A stretch of 64,000 nucleotides of DNA, from NCBI GenBank assembly GCA_000934665.2, contig JYFJ02001708.1, positions 1-64,000 on the forward strand. The letters run 5' to 3'. Of this stretch, positions 27,707 through 41,957 are shown one piece after another. Source of the DNA: Catajapyx aquilonaris. Taxonomy: Eukaryota. A model generated the notes under the pieces. That model saw only the letters and a list, made by a program, of their open reading frames with translations. It was not told the DNA's origin and did no database searches. Position numbers and translations under genes: made by a program. The stretch's first letter is position 1. Each line of letters begins with the position of its first letter.

Positions 27707-29085
27707 TTTGCTTTTGACATTTGACGGATTTGGTGTAAAAATAAGCGGTTTTCGTGCAAATTGCGTCCTTCTTGCACTGTGCAAAAAATGCTCAACTTTT
27801 TTCCCCACTTATTTCAGTGTCAATTGACCGCGAGTGTACCCGCTGAACCCGACCGTAACCGGCCCGGAGGACCGAGCCGTAATACGATTATTGAGCACTA
27901 GTCAATAATTATGCGGGCATGTAATCCGCCGGAGCCGGAGTCCTGACAACGCCTCCAGTCAGCACTGCATGTGAAGTGCGCAATTATTGGAGCACATGTC
28001 AGACGCAAAAACCATGCCCCACTTTTTTTTTCCTCGCGCTATGAATTCCGCTCACACACTCGACTATTGCAATTTATCCGGAGAGTCAGGACATGGGGAG
28101 AAAAAAAATTGTGTTTGATCAACCTTTTGACTGACTTCCCTTTCCGTGAACCTTGAATGACAATAACCTTCAAGTGCAATGACTACAGCTGTCTTTTTGT
28201 AACATCAAGGACATGCTGATCGTGGGAGCATACACATACTAGGCCTACTCTTTGGGGGTTCAGGCTTAAATATTATATTCAACATGGGCGGGTCAGAGGG
28301 CGAATGAAAAGTGACATTACGTGAGAAGGAAGATAAATAAGCGGGGCGCTTGCTGCATGGCGTCGATGAGCAGAATGGATCATCCCTGTCGATTTCAATC
28401 TTTCCGTAGACCCCAGGCGGCCCTAATGCGAGCAATGAGTTATGTGGAGGAGGATTAATGCGGCGCAATTACAGTCTGGACGTGCCCGACATCCTCGATC
28501 CTCATTGCTTCAAAAAAAAAAAATCACCTTTTTCTTCTAACTCCTAAGGTTACGACCATAAATCAGGCAAAAAAATCTCCCCGTGCGACTTGCCAGTACT
28601 TATAACTATTTACCTCCCCACGTTTTGTGCCCCTTCATTAATCCGGGGGCAATTAGACTAATTAGCGAAACCAGCGTGTAGCCACTTGAGAGATTGAAGA
28701 CGAGCCAAAAATGCTGATAGCTTCCAAAATTTTGCACACACAAAAAAAAGAAAGAAAATAGAGTCGAGGCTTATATATGAAAAGTTGCTGGCTCGGTTCC
28801 TTTTCCCCTCCGCTCAAGGTAGTCCCATGGTTTGGGGTGGCACTAATTAGTCCCCTCCCGATGGGTTAGGCATAAATTATTCCGTACGGCCTAATTACAG
28901 GTCCGGAATGTATGGTAATCATGAAATTACCCGCACTTCATACATCTTTTCGCGTACTCCTTAATGGGGCTTATACATCTTGATTTCAGCGCGCACCGGG
29001 AGCCGAGCTGCAAAAAAAATATGCAATCTGTACAGGGCTGTCCAGCTAATTTTTTTTAAACATAATTACGATAGTGCGCCTCTGC

Positions 29086-29180
29086 TGAGCAAAATTTGAC
29101 AACATTGCCTCCCCATACGGGATGTAGTAACACATGTGTCTCATAGAAGGCGCATCCTGCCTCTCTGCACACTAATGATG
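29086..29180 (-). mobile_element. Degenerate Helitron-family fragment (3' part)
   Basis: Reverse complement reads agtgtgcagagaggcaggatgcgccttcta...ggcaatgttgtcaaattttgc, matching blocks of the 182-388 and 19598-19956 copies. Confidence 0.5.
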
Positions 29181-29717
29181 GCTCACCGCGGACAAAGGCA
29201 CATGCCAGAGGCAATTTTATATGTTTGTACCTTCAACAAAATTACAAGCAGGCTGATCCAGTTCTGCTCAAACCCCAGGCTTGCTCCGCACAGCATTGTT
29301 TCGAATTTGGAACCGGACTCGTAAAAACCGGGGGGTGCTCCGCCGGCTGTTATCAACTCCGGTTGTGTCGTTACAACATGGACGTTATTGGGTAGGGGTG
29401 GGGGTTTTGGATGAAGCTCTCTCCTGGTTTTATTTACGCGTCCCCAGTTTTATGAATCCTAATTTGGCACCATTGGGGGAAAGGTGCACCATCGCGTCGA
29501 AAAGCCCCTGGATAACAACACTCGTTATTGGGTCGTGATCGACACCTCGCTCATGGACCGTCACGCGACCTCCGATAAGATCTAACTGCGACCAACAAAA
29601 TGAATTACGACCCTCATCAGGCGCCCGCACGGGTACCACCTGTTCCGACGCATACAATACACGAGCAAAGCGAGTTGTCAACGTGGCAACACCGCATCAA
29701 CATTAGCTACGCTTAAT

Positions 29718-29813
29718 ATAGCGATTAGCAGGAAACAGTTATGCTTACCATAGCGATTTGTAGAGGAAACAGCTATGCCTACCATAGCGGTTTGTAGGAA
29801 ACAGCTATGCTTA
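29718..29813. repeat. Tandem repeat, about 32-34 bp unit, about 3 copies
   Basis: Unit approximately aggaaacagctatgcttaccatagcgatttgt. Confidence 0.8.
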
Positions 29814-32800
29814 GCAACCAAATCCAACCACGATAACTGTAGCGCTGGAGGTTCTGATCTTACAGAGACAATTATTGGAAAGTCATACCAGCTGTGATTC
29901 GAGTGGACTTTTTCTCATTGCCAAGGAAATATTTTAAATTGGACAACAACGACATAAAGTGTCGGTCTCATTTCTCGTTGCAAAGGAACCCGAGGACATC
30001 CGCCTGTAGAGTCGACCTTGGCGGATATAGTGTAACCGGAAGTGGCAGGTCACTGGAAGTTGACCGTGAAACCTATTTAGAGTGATGAATCCGAATCCGA
30101 AAACTGCTTGTCGCTATCTCTTACGGTTTAGGCGCTGATATCTGTCCACAGACAGACTGACGAACGGACAGAGCCATTCTATAAGAAAAAGTGTAAAAAA
30201 CAACTCTCCACACCTTTTACCCCTGCAGTAAAAGAGATCTGGCGAGTGCTCAACCTGGTGGAAATCCCCCCAACAACTACGAGCTCTCCTCTTCCTCCTC
30301 TTCTTCCTCCGTTTATTTGACGGAGGGGGCATTATTGGAATGTTGGCATTTTGGTTATGGCTCCATTTTCCAGCAGACATGAGTGGACCGGTTGGTGCGG
30401 AGGATCCCCCCACCAAATTTTTAGGAGCCGAATCCGCACCATATAGAAAATGATGTTGGTTCCATCTCCTGTATAAGGTCAAGAGGTCGCGTGGAGATGA
30501 CCCAACCCAATGAACGTGTAACAGGCTGACAAAGAGAGGAAGCCCGTAGTAAGGGGGTTTTCCTTTTAACAGCCAGGCCCCCGCTAATTCTAATTGATCA
30601 TAAAGGGCCGGCGGTTATGACCAGGAACCCTCCATAGTTGCGCAATTAAGTTGTTCTCGCATACGAATACGACTGCAATCATCGTGCGGACCACCCTCTC
30701 CAGTTTATATTCGATCTACTGACGATTCTACAAAAGGAATGCGCCAAAAGGTCGTTATCTTTTTAACTGCCATGCACAATTAACCAAGAACGGTCGTCAA
30801 ATATTTATTATGAAAAAAATGCGTTATTGGATGGTCATCCAGCAAGTAATTAGTAGCTGTTTCCGGTTAAATATTAGGCTACTAATAGCAGTTAGCAATA
30901 ACAGCCCAATAGGAACAGATTTTTTCCCCCGTATTTGAAACCTCATGAATGTTAATAAAAGGCATTGGCCAGCAGTGTATTAAAACACTGGTTGAAATGA
31001 CGGTGAGCATTTTCCTCCGCTAATGATCCCCACGATCCAACGGTGTAATGGCAAATAAAATAGGGGGGGTAGTCATTTACATCCGCGTGCCAGAAATGTT
31101 TACAAACAAAACAACGATCGGTGCCGATAGACTGGGCCTATCGTTCGGTTCCAATAAGACAAAAGGGATAACACTCGCTCGCCAATCAAACGGTTATCAC
31201 CCCTAATGGACTACTACAAGGGTGATCGGTGATGACAATGAGGGGGAAATTTCTTTTAATTGTTGTCCTAACAATGGGTGCGGTCAGGGCTGCTTCATGT
31301 CACACTATCAATGAAGCGATTCTCGTAATTTTAGCGAACATGTTTTTAATGACAACAATGCCTGCATTGTTGCACCTTTATTACATGACCTTGAACTTTT
31401 CGCGAAAAAACCCGCAGGCGTTACGTACTTTGCTCCCAAATTTTCGAGCAAAAGTGCTGGATTTTTTTTCCTCCCCAAGAGCCGGTGAACTTTACAAAGG
31501 ACTCGCCAAAATGGGTCCATCGGCTTTTCTCAAATCAATGCAACCGAGGGCGAGAATAACAAAAGTCTGCTCTCTTCTACTTTTTTGCACTCTTTCCTCA
31601 CTTTTGCTTCCTTGATGTGTGACATGCAAAAATACACACTCCTAAAAACGTGGGTGCACCCCTTCACCTTTTTTAACGACCGAATTTGCCTCTGGTTACA
31701 CGCAACAGCTATTCGCTAAATTTTTGCACATCCGGGACAGACTGAAAGGTATGAATGGCACTACTATATCAATAAATTTTTTTTTCATGCTTCAAAACTT
31801 TGCAATTAATTAGCCCTCGTTTTCGGAGTGTACAATGTGCGTCAAAAACAAACGGCCGGAGTATGGGCGATGAGGATTTAACTTTTCAGCTCTGCCTGAC
31901 AATGAGTGCAGTAAATGCCCTTTAATTTGGACACGATGTTTTCAGTCCGGTTGGTTTTTTTGCAACCCAACAGAAATCGGACGCAGCTGCAAACCCAAGC
32001 CTGGGGGGAGAAAATCACTCTATGGATATATTCCATGCACATTTTAATTAATAGGCGCGATTGTGTAGCATATATGTTTTTCCTTATTTCAAATATGAAA
32101 TTCAATATATTCGGTTGACAAATTGTTATCTAAACTTATATTGCACGAGTGTCCCTGAATTCTTGCAAAATATTGCAAAATTTGCGTAATTGTTCCAGAA
32201 CAACTAAAGCCATTTGTAAACATGTGCAATGAAATATTTGCAATATTTATGATCAACTGTTACTATTTTTGCACATAGACAAGTTATGCGAATACTAATG
32301 AAAGTACAAAACGAACCAAAATTAAATTACGTACAATTCTTATATTTAATTGATGAATTAGCCCATAATTTGTGTCAGGTTCGTATTGCCAATGAAATAT
32401 CAATGACATTGATCCATTCAATATTCAGTGACTCCTATCGCCACCCCTTTAAAAAAAATATGTTCCAGACTAAAGCTAATGAGTCCGGATCCGTGTGACA
32501 TCCTTTGACGTATCTAGTCCATTAAGGCCCACCGCGTGAAAGGCCCACTCCTCCAAATTTCATAAGGCAACACATTTACGTGATGGCCCAACCGCAACCC
32601 ACTCCGGATCACAAAAAATAGAGAAAAAGAGAGTGGGTTGCATCCGGTTATTACCACACGGTTGGAGTGACAATTTCCTCCAGCTCTCTCCGGTGTTGGG
32701 GGGAAGGGAAGGACAATTAATCCAACAATTAGCTTGGGTCCTAACTGCCTAATATATTGCGCCCTCCAAACTGTCCTCGCTTACCTTGCTACGCCATACA

Positions 32801-35800
32801 TCTCTCGAGCTTTAGGTAGGGGAGGGGAAAAAAGTATATATAGTGAGAGAGAATGGAGCATGGTGGACTTTAAAATATGTGAGTTCCATGGCGGAAATGC
32901 AATTTCCCTAGGCCAGGACTCGCCAGCAGCACCCAAATATGGGGGAATCTCTAAGTGGATTGTCAACTGGCGCCAGCTTCCTCCGACCCAACACCAGCGG
33001 AATTTAAATCCAATTCGGCGGGAATACTGTCGCCAAGGATATAGCAGGGGGGAAAAAGAGAGAACCGATAGAATCGATAGCACAACTTGTCAAAGTGTAT
33101 ATAGATGAAGGAACATTATACAAAAGCACAATTTACCTGCGTGTGTGTGCGCGAATATCAGTCGTTTCTCTCTCTCATTTTGTTGACAAATTGGTTTTCT
33201 GTCATTCCGGAAATTCAGAGCGTTTGTAAAATACGATGCAAATTATTTGAACAGTTCATTTACATGCGGAATGAATGATTTATGGCCTTCAATTTGGCAC
33301 AAACGACGTGTGTCCGGGGTCAGTCGTCGGGATACACACCTGCAGGGGTTTCTCCGTCCCGAAAAAAAAATTGTTTATGCAGTTAATTACAATTATGTGA
33401 GTGGTCATCGTGCGACCTAATTTAACGGCTTGTGTATGCATACACATAGGCCAGTGGTTTTCATCCTGCGTTGGAAAAATAAAACTGGAATAAATGAGCA
33501 TCAGGGAGTGGTTTATGACGCACGAGACGTCTGTCATGCGTGTGGGTATAATTATGTGTGTGTGTGTGTTTTTTATGGCACTAAAAGGTCACATCCAGGC
33601 CAACACCCATAACACACGTCCGAAAGTGAGAATTATCGCGGGCTATAGATGTTATCTTCGATGAGTCCGTCAAAATACCTACCAACCTAACAGGACAGGC
33701 AGAATTTTCAATTGCAATACAGGATGGTTGACATTCCCAAATTCATCAAAAAAATGCACGGAAATTGTGCGACATTGGAAGATTCGACAAAAAAATAGAG
33801 ACCACGAATCAAAGTTGACACATGAGGCAGGACGTTAATATTTGCATATTAGTTATTCTTTTAGTTACAAACCGCTGATAATGAAATGCGTCATGGCCCC
33901 AAATTACAAGTTTTATTAATATTGACACAAACTCAATAACAGTGCGAAAAGCTAACACGGTTACAAAATTGATGCTTTTGAACTCGTATACAGTTTAAAC
34001 CACTATTGTGCACAATAATATTCCGCATCATGTCATGCATGTGCAAGACAGCTTTTAATTACAATCCCCGTATAAATTCCAGTAAGCTGTTCCGCACTAC
34101 AGGATTACACTAGAAAATAATTAGCCTCAATTTCCACTACATACAACTATCCCCAGGCGGATTCTTCGACTAATAATTGTAGTGAGAGCAAACCTTTGAG
34201 TTATAGCTAAATACCTTTAATCCTGGTGTCATCAACTGTACAAGAAGTACCCCGGGGGTGTCTTGCACTTTACAAAATTAGGCTTGAACAAAATCGCGTA
34301 TAATCACTGCTATATTCAAAAATAGCGGCAAAAGTAACTGTTACCTCTAGCAGTTGTTATCCTTACATGCTGTCATCGTATTGTTAACATCAGCACTCAT
34401 AATGTGGACAGCTTGGTTATTTTAATTACTTTTGAGCCAACTGAACTCGCAGTTTGAAACCGGAGAAGTGCCAGAAGGCATTTCATGTACGTGAAGTGCA
34501 CTTGCTTTCAGTTACCTGAGCGCATGACAGCCCCTTTCGTGTAAATACGGAGCAAAAGCATGACAAGCAAGTCCCTGATATTCATCCTTGCTAACAGCCG
34601 CATTTAATTTATGACGACAACGACCTGCAAATACGACCGCGGTAATTACGTTCAAGAGGAGGGTGGAAATTCCTCCGGTTCGTTGCACAAAAAGAATTTT
34701 CCTGGGGTTCTCCTTAGAGTCTGCATATCTCCAGCTTTATGCCGGCCATTATCTCATGTTAACCGCGGGTTCAGACGTAATAGTCCTCTCGATTAACTAT
34801 GTGGAGGAATTTTTGCATTATTTTTCGCATTATCTGCCATGTAAACATTATTTACTGGATTCACAGTTTTCATTTGAGACAATTTTTAAATCCATCCACT
34901 GGAAAGCACCTTTAAAAAAAATTCACAAAGAAAACGCAATTACTCGCTTTATATATTTAAAAAATGGCGCAGTGTGAACAGATCCTCAAAACCCGCTTTA
35001 GTGTCCTCGCACTTTTGATACAGTGAAAAGTAAACAGGTTATTTTGCAATCTTCCGCATGATGGAAGCTGAGCCGGGCTTGCATTATAAAGAGCATGTCT
35101 GAATCGCTGAGTTTGATTAAATAGTGGGAGGGAGGAGGGGGGAGATTAACCCCCAAGGAACATTACTTGCGCCAAGTCCGCGTGATTGGTGGACAAAAGA
35201 CCTTCTTTCCTATGTATAAAACCCCGGAGATGATAAACTCGGGCCGTAATTTCATGGAAATCACCGCCAACCGAACAGTTTTAAAAAAAACAGAGACTTT
35301 ATGCAAATAAGTGGTGGGCGGATGAAGAAAAAAAATAATTAACTTTTGCCAATATCCAAAAGTATCCGGGAGACAGACCCAACAAGTTATGCGACAAACG
35401 ATCTGGTTATGCAAATTTTTTGCTGAGGGAGACTCTCCTTACAATTATAAAGATTGTTGGCTGAAAAATTGAGGCCGAGCTGGTCCGGATGGTTAAACAT
35501 TTGGCAATCATGTCCTTCCGGTGAAGGGAACCAAGGCCCCCACGAAACGGACAACATGTCCGGATCATAAAGCTCGACAACAGACGTCGTTTCCGCAAGG
35601 GAGCTCAGGAAGTGTTTAGTGCGTCGGTTTAAAGTGGCGTTGAGGAAAAATGGCGATGGGGTTTAAATGCACCCCATTTGCCTTATTGTATGGCCATTAC
35701 CTCACTTGGCCCAGCTGTCCTCAAACCCTGTATTTTACTAGTTGGCTCATCAAGTGGTGGTGCATAAACAGTGGGTTTCATTGCTTCAAATCTGACCAGT

Positions 35801-35851
35801 AAGTCCGCTCATAATGTTGGAGACTGTTCGTCTAAATACAACACAAAACCT

Positions 35852-35926
35852 GGAGCCGTATACTCATCAAGGTTACTCGCAATCGACAAAGTCGATTGCG
35901 AGTGACCTTGATGAGTATACGGCTCC
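35852..35926. repeat. Near-perfect 75-bp palindrome
   Basis: 36-bp arms GGAGCCGTATACTCATCAAGGTTACTCGCAATCGAC / GTCGATTGCGAGTGACCTTGATGAGTATACGGCTCC with a 3-nt AAA loop and a single T:G mismatch. Confidence 0.95.
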
Positions 35927-38900
35927 TGATTCAAATCAGAGTTGAACCACAACCGCACATTTCCAGAACAAATCAAGATACTTCATTGCCGGACATCCGT
36001 GTCGCTTCTTACGATAGACGCAAACTAGGAAAAGCCAGCTATAAATCTGCAGCCAGGCGCACACAAAAAAAAGTCTTCCGCTCGTGAGAAAAAAAAGAGC
36101 AGGCAGGGAACCTTCGTCGGAATGTTCCAAATATGTTTTTTTACGAGCTGGCAGCAAGCAACTTTCAGCGTGTGTGTATATACACTGCTGAGGACACTGG
36201 AGTGTTAAACAAAAAAGAGTTGTTATGACACAAGGGAGCGAAAATGGAGGTTTGAAACAGACAGATTGATCACACGCAAGACGGTAAATACTGTGCGTAT
36301 GTAAATGTTTTGGCTCACCCTGTGCCTTCCACCACATCAATTTAAGCTAAGCTAAAGTAACTGCTTACAAGACAGAGAGCTAAAGAGCAGTACACATCTA
36401 ATTTGCATCCTAGACACGCAGTGGTAGTCAGGCATATGTATACAGAGTAAGGTCTAGGTTTGGGGTGTGTTTCTGCAGTCCCCATGAATTTTGCATGCCC
36501 TTGTTTCCATTTCTTGCCAATTATTTATTCAGCAAACCCCTGCCTTGATGGCAATTCTCAACGGCGTCGTTTCATAGCACCTGATGCCATTACCCTCCTC
36601 GACGTCCTCTCCTATAATGACAGGGTTACTTCTTCTCTTTGCTTTACAGTACGGGCCAGCAAAGCAAGCGAATAACATGTTTAACAGAGATGGGGCGCGG
36701 AAAAAAAATGTCATACAGTTTGACACACTTTTTCGCATTTTGTCAAAAGCACAACTTGTGATGTACGAATTTCGCTTTTTTTTGGTCAGTGCGGCTTAGC
36801 AAGTTATTTCCATCGCATAATACCCCTGGAAACTGCCAAAATTAGACCAGCAGCATGTGGACACCACAAAACGCGGCGTAACTCACCAATTTTAATGTTT
36901 TCATTAGGCAGCAGCCCGCATTTTGACGGTCGCTGCCATGATGTTTTGGGTCGTGCTAAAGCGGTTTCGAATTAGCTTCAAATGGTCCAAACTACTAATA
37001 AATTAAAACTAGAAAAGGGGGTTTTTCCGGACTAAGCCTGGTGTCGCCCAAACCAACCCCTAATTGCCTTCCTCTTGCATGCATCAAAAGCAGAAAACGG
37101 ACCGATTTCACACACACCCAGAGAGCTACACTAATTCGGGATTGTCAACAGAAAAACACGGCCATAAAGGTCGACAACTACAGCCTCTGTTTAATCTGCT
37201 ATTGAAAATCGTATGGAGAGTACTCGGTGTTGGAGATCTTTTTATTATTATTTTGCCACACACTGTATTGTTGGTTGCCAGACCGTGAAGGGCAGGCTGT
37301 TAACGATAACAAGTAAACACACTTATCACGCTCGTTGTTAGGAGCACTTTTTTTTCTATCTCTAGATTTTCGGGCTGACTAAGGGTCCGCTTTTATTGAC
37401 TCGGGGAGTCGATTTTTATGCCCTGCCTTTACCCTGGGTCCATCCCCTGGTTTTAAATTCGCGAAATGGGCCGTAATTTATACTAAGGACCTTTCCAGAG
37501 CCGAATTGCAATGTGCTCACGCATCTAATTAGTTTGCGTTTATGTTTCTCACGCTGCTCGGCAGTTAACGAAGTCCAACTCACATTCAGGGTCCAAATGT
37601 GACGGATCTCTTGAGAAAAACCTCACTTATGGTTACAGTCAAACATACATATATTTTTTAAACTTGTCAACAGCATTGATTTGTGTACACACAAGTGCTG
37701 CCACGGGTGCAAAAACTATTCTGAATCGAAAATACTCGGACAGTTAGTCATAAAAATTACAACTGTGCCAGCCTTACAAAGCAATGTTTGGGTAACCACA
37801 ACCAGGTAAATGTATTCGTATTTACAAAACACCCTGTGTTTATTGGTTCAAATGTTAATTTAATTGCTTACTGACACGTATAACAATTAGCAATATGTGC
37901 AGTATTTAATTACTTCGATTATTGATTATTAAATTGGCTGTTTCACATCTTAATAACTGGTTTGGTTTACTTTTTGTTGCCTTTATTTGTTTCGCTATTG
38001 TTAATTACTGAAATGAGTCACGTCATTACAGTGTTGCAATGCTACGGCTTCATTTTCTATTACATTACCATATGGAACTAATAAGGAAATTATTCCCTTA
38101 CACGTCCACGTTCTTTTCTTATGTATGAGGTAAAGTTGGAAATATTAATATAATAATATATTAATATTAATTAATTATTGTATAACATGCTTTCACACTA
38201 CATATTTGCGAAACATGTGCAAGGGGCCACAATTTTGATCCTGGAATTGAGGCAACCTGCGCGCCTCTCTTGGCTAACTTGTTGCCTGCGTTACAGGATC
38301 TGACGTGGCCTTGAATGCACTACACGTATACTCGGGCCTTCGCTCTTTGCAATAATTACAGTAATAGTGTGAATTTGCCAATTACAGCATTTGTTACTTG
38401 CATAACCACAAAGTTGCGATCCACCCTGTGCTACAATAGCCCGGTATTATTAATGCTAATAAATTCCTCCTCTCCCCTTAAGGTAAAGTACCAATGTCCT
38501 CTCGGCACAGTGCTGGGAATAATAGAGATGAACTGGGCCCCACCCCTTTTTTAGCTGTGACATATCAAGTAACAAGTGGTGATGAGAGCCCTTGGGTGAG
38601 GGTTTTGGGGGGAGAGAAACACAATCCGTGTCTTTTGTACGTTCCGAGTGAAGAAAGAAGTGGGTGGAAAACACGTCCCCAGTGCCTTGTACCCAGCCAA
38701 GTAATCTAATATCGCCGTTGAGAGAAATGCTAACGAGCCTCTGCCTCCCTTTCCTAATTGGTATCAGTGCGTCGGATGGAAATTAGCCAAAACGCCTTAC
38801 TTACTGGCCTCCATTCTCCACACCCATCTGCTCGCAGCCTCTTCCTCTTTTTAATACCCAAGTCCCTTCCAACACTTTCCTTCCCGCACTCTTTTTGTGC

Positions 38901-40010
38901 AAAAATTAATTAAAAGGAAGGCGCTTCCTCACCGCCCCTCTCTTTTCTTTTAAACTAGTACCGCCCCCAAAAAAGGAGCAGCCTCGCTGTCGAAAAACTT
39001 GAAAATATTCTCTTTGAAGAAAAATAGTTCATTGTTGGCAAACAGTAATTTCCAGCAAGCCTCGACCAAGTCGCCATTTCGAGACACACGGTGGCAAACA
39101 TTTTTGTACTCTTATGGATCTTTTTTTTTCTTCTAAAAAGTAAGAGGTAACCCACAACCGAAGAAATCATTGCGGCCCTCTTAGAACCTCCAAGTTGAAA
39201 ATCAGATAGAAAGTTAAGAGCGACTTAATTCCACATAATTCCCTTGGCTTTCCCCCTGCGGTCGTAACAAAAAGCCTCTTGTACCGTAATTAGTGCATAA
39301 AGTCTGAAAACCTGGGCGCAACTACTTGAGGCGCAACATTGGATGGAAAGGAAGAAGCCACGACCTTTTTTTCCCCCCCATTCGTAGCTTCTTGAAAAGT
39401 TTGGACAGGACGACACCGAATATTAACATCCGACGACAAGGCTGCAAATTACTCTGGAAGTGGGGTGGGATGGGTGGAGATGTGACAAAAAAGGAGGCAG
39501 CGAAATGCCACATTTTGCCTCCAAAAAAAGAGAGAGAGAGGCCTAATTAAAATGCCCACCCAACCACCCCTCGGTCCCCAATTAAGCTGACTCGGCGTTG
39601 AAAAAGCCGTGTTTGTTTCTCCAACCTCTTTATAAGCAGCGACTTTTGCCTCTGACCCAGTCCACAAACTTTTCAGGAGGTTAGCCAAAAGGTCTCTCTC
39701 TCTCTATACAAGGTCTTTTAGTAGTTATCGTCCCCAATGTACGAGGCAGGGGAATGGTAATAAGTATCGTGTCAACACAGCTTATATAATATATTATAGT
39801 TCTCGGACTGCAGCAGTTACAACGCAATAGCAAGCAGGAATTAGCCGTCATTTTATTTCGCAAATTTATTCCACTTACTAACAGTAATTTTTCTCAATAG
39901 CCATTCTCAATAGCGATAAATTCCGTTGCAGTATTTTATTGATACCTTATTTCAGCGATAACAGCTATGTTCTTACTGATAACTGTTTTCTTGTTAACAT
40001 GTATTCCATT

Positions 40011-40170
40011 GACAACTGTTATTTTAGTATTAATAATTTATTAGTTCCGTGATAACTGTTATTTTAGTATTAATAATTTATTAGTTCCGTGATAACTGTT
40101 ATTTTAGTATTAATAATTTATTAGTTCCGTGATAACTGTTATTTTAGTATTAATAATTTATTAGTTCCTT
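40011..40170. repeat. AT-rich minisatellite, 40-bp unit x4
   Basis: Unit gataactgttattttagtattaataatttattagttccgt. It is embedded in a longer degenerate gataactgtt-rich tract (about 39950-40590). Confidence 0.95.
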
Positions 40171-40290
40171 GATAACGGTTATTTATTGATAGCAAATATG
40201 TCATTAATTACGACTATTTTCTTGTTAACTGGTATTTTATTGACAACTGCTATTTTAGTATTAATAACTATTTTATTGATGCTGTTATTT

Positions 40291-40435
40291 ATTGATAGCA
40301 GCTATTAATAATAACTATTTTATTGATAACTGTGATTCCATTGATAACTGTTATTTATTGATAGCAGCTACCATTAATAATAACTATTTTATTGATAACT
40401 GTGATTCCATTGACAACTGTTATTTATTGATAGCT
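40291..40435. repeat. AT-rich tandem duplication, 66/69-bp unit x2
   Basis: Unit attgatagcagctattaataataactattttattgataactgtgattccattgataactgttattt. The second copy has a 3-bp insertion. Confidence 0.9.
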
Positions 40436-41661
40436 GTTATTTTATCTGTTATCTGTTATCTTTTTGGCTGTTGTTTTATAGTTAGCTGTTATTTGGAAGT
40501 AACAGCTAGTAAAAGTGCTCGTTTACCGTGTATTAGTTATCATGTTAGTTGTTTGGCTAATATCGGCTATTTTCATTGGTAGCTGTTGTTTGATGTCTAG
40601 TCGGTTTAATATGCTGAGCGTTCTGTGATGTTGCGGCCACATTTTTAGTTGCAGAAGGTGTGGACGTCACGTGTGGTGTGTCGAGGGCTTGGTCCAGCAA
40701 CATGACAGGTCCGATGTCCGACACCGGTACCCGGTATCCGTTGTGCTCACACAGAGAGGTGGCCAAAATCGACGGAGCTCATCCCCTGAGCAAACAGATC
40801 ACGAGTTTCAACAGCGGCGGGTTGGGTTGGTCAAACATGCTCAGCGTATCTGAACTGTCCGGGCCCATCAATTATTATTGGCAGCTTTGTGCTTATTCCG
40901 TGTTACTTACAGAGGCTATGTTGTAGAAGAATATGACATTATAAAATATAATTTATAGGTGAAAATTAAAAAAAAACTTAATATAAAGTCTCATTTCAGC
41001 AGATCGTTTTTTTCATATTTGTTCGTGGTTGGCCCATTTCTCTCTACACACTCTACGGCGCATGCGCAGGTTGTCCAGTATGTGCCTGTACTGGGAAACT
41101 ATAGACTGTAAAAAAATCATATTGTGTCCGGATCGATCCGGCACGTAATGCCTTGTTCCAATTTGCAAACAGCGAACGCTAGAAAAAGCTCAGTAAACAA
41201 ACCTCAGCAAAAGTTGATAAACGTCCCCTCAACTTAACCCTGGTTAAATCGACTTGCAAACACACCCATTACAATCTCCCCCCCACCCCCCACCCCCACC
41301 GTTAAGTTTATACCGTCCAAAGAAAGGCAAATAAAATCAAGGAGGCAAAATTGCTCCGACCAAGCAAATTGCTTTGATGGATGGAGTCCAATTTGAACCG
41401 CAAAACGTTTTGGCAAACGGCTCATAAAAAGAAGGGAGGGGGGGAGAAAGTATAAGGGAGGGTAAAAATGAATCGCATGCAAAAATTAGAGTCTCCGGAG
41501 AACGACTGACGTGATGGATGGACGCAAATTGCACCGCGCATGACCCTTCTTAGCCTCTCTTTGCAATCGCGAATTTCTCTTCGCACACTTGACCCACAAA
41601 AATCTATTGTACAGGGTGTCTAATAATTACTCAAAACTTGTAGGATACACTCATCAATACA

Positions 41662-41957
41662 TAGTCGTACTCGTATTGGTCGTAATCGTATTAGTCGTAC
41701 TGGTATTGGTCGTACTCGTATTAGTCGTACTGGTATTGGTCGTACTCGTATTAGTCGTACTGGTATTGGTCGTACTCGTATTAGTCGTACTCGTATTAGT
41801 CGTACGGGTATTGGTCGTACTCGTATTAGTCGTACTCGTATTGGTCGTACTCGTATTAGTCGAACTCGTATTGGTCGTACTCGTATTGGTCGTAATCGTA
41901 TTGGTCGCAATCGCATTAGTCGTACTCGTATTGGTCGTACTCGTATTAGTCGTACTC
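41662..41957. repeat. 15-bp minisatellite, about 20 copies
   Basis: Unit t(a/g)gtcgtact(c/g)gtat. A further partial array lies at about 41984-42010. This repeat explains the VVLVL and RVRPI pseudo-ORFs. Confidence 0.97.

Noticed and set aside
27838..27848. acccgctgaac matching the 5' end of 28S rRNA
   Set aside because: Only 11 nt; the surrounding sequence is not rRNA.
29729..29810. aggaaacagctatg resembling the M13 reverse primer site
   Set aside because: It is part of a native-looking degenerate tandem repeat with no lacZ or vector flanks.
40292..40582. 96-aa ORF with duplicated INNNYFIDNCDSIDNCYLLIAA
   Set aside because: Translation of the 66/69-bp AT-rich tandem duplication.
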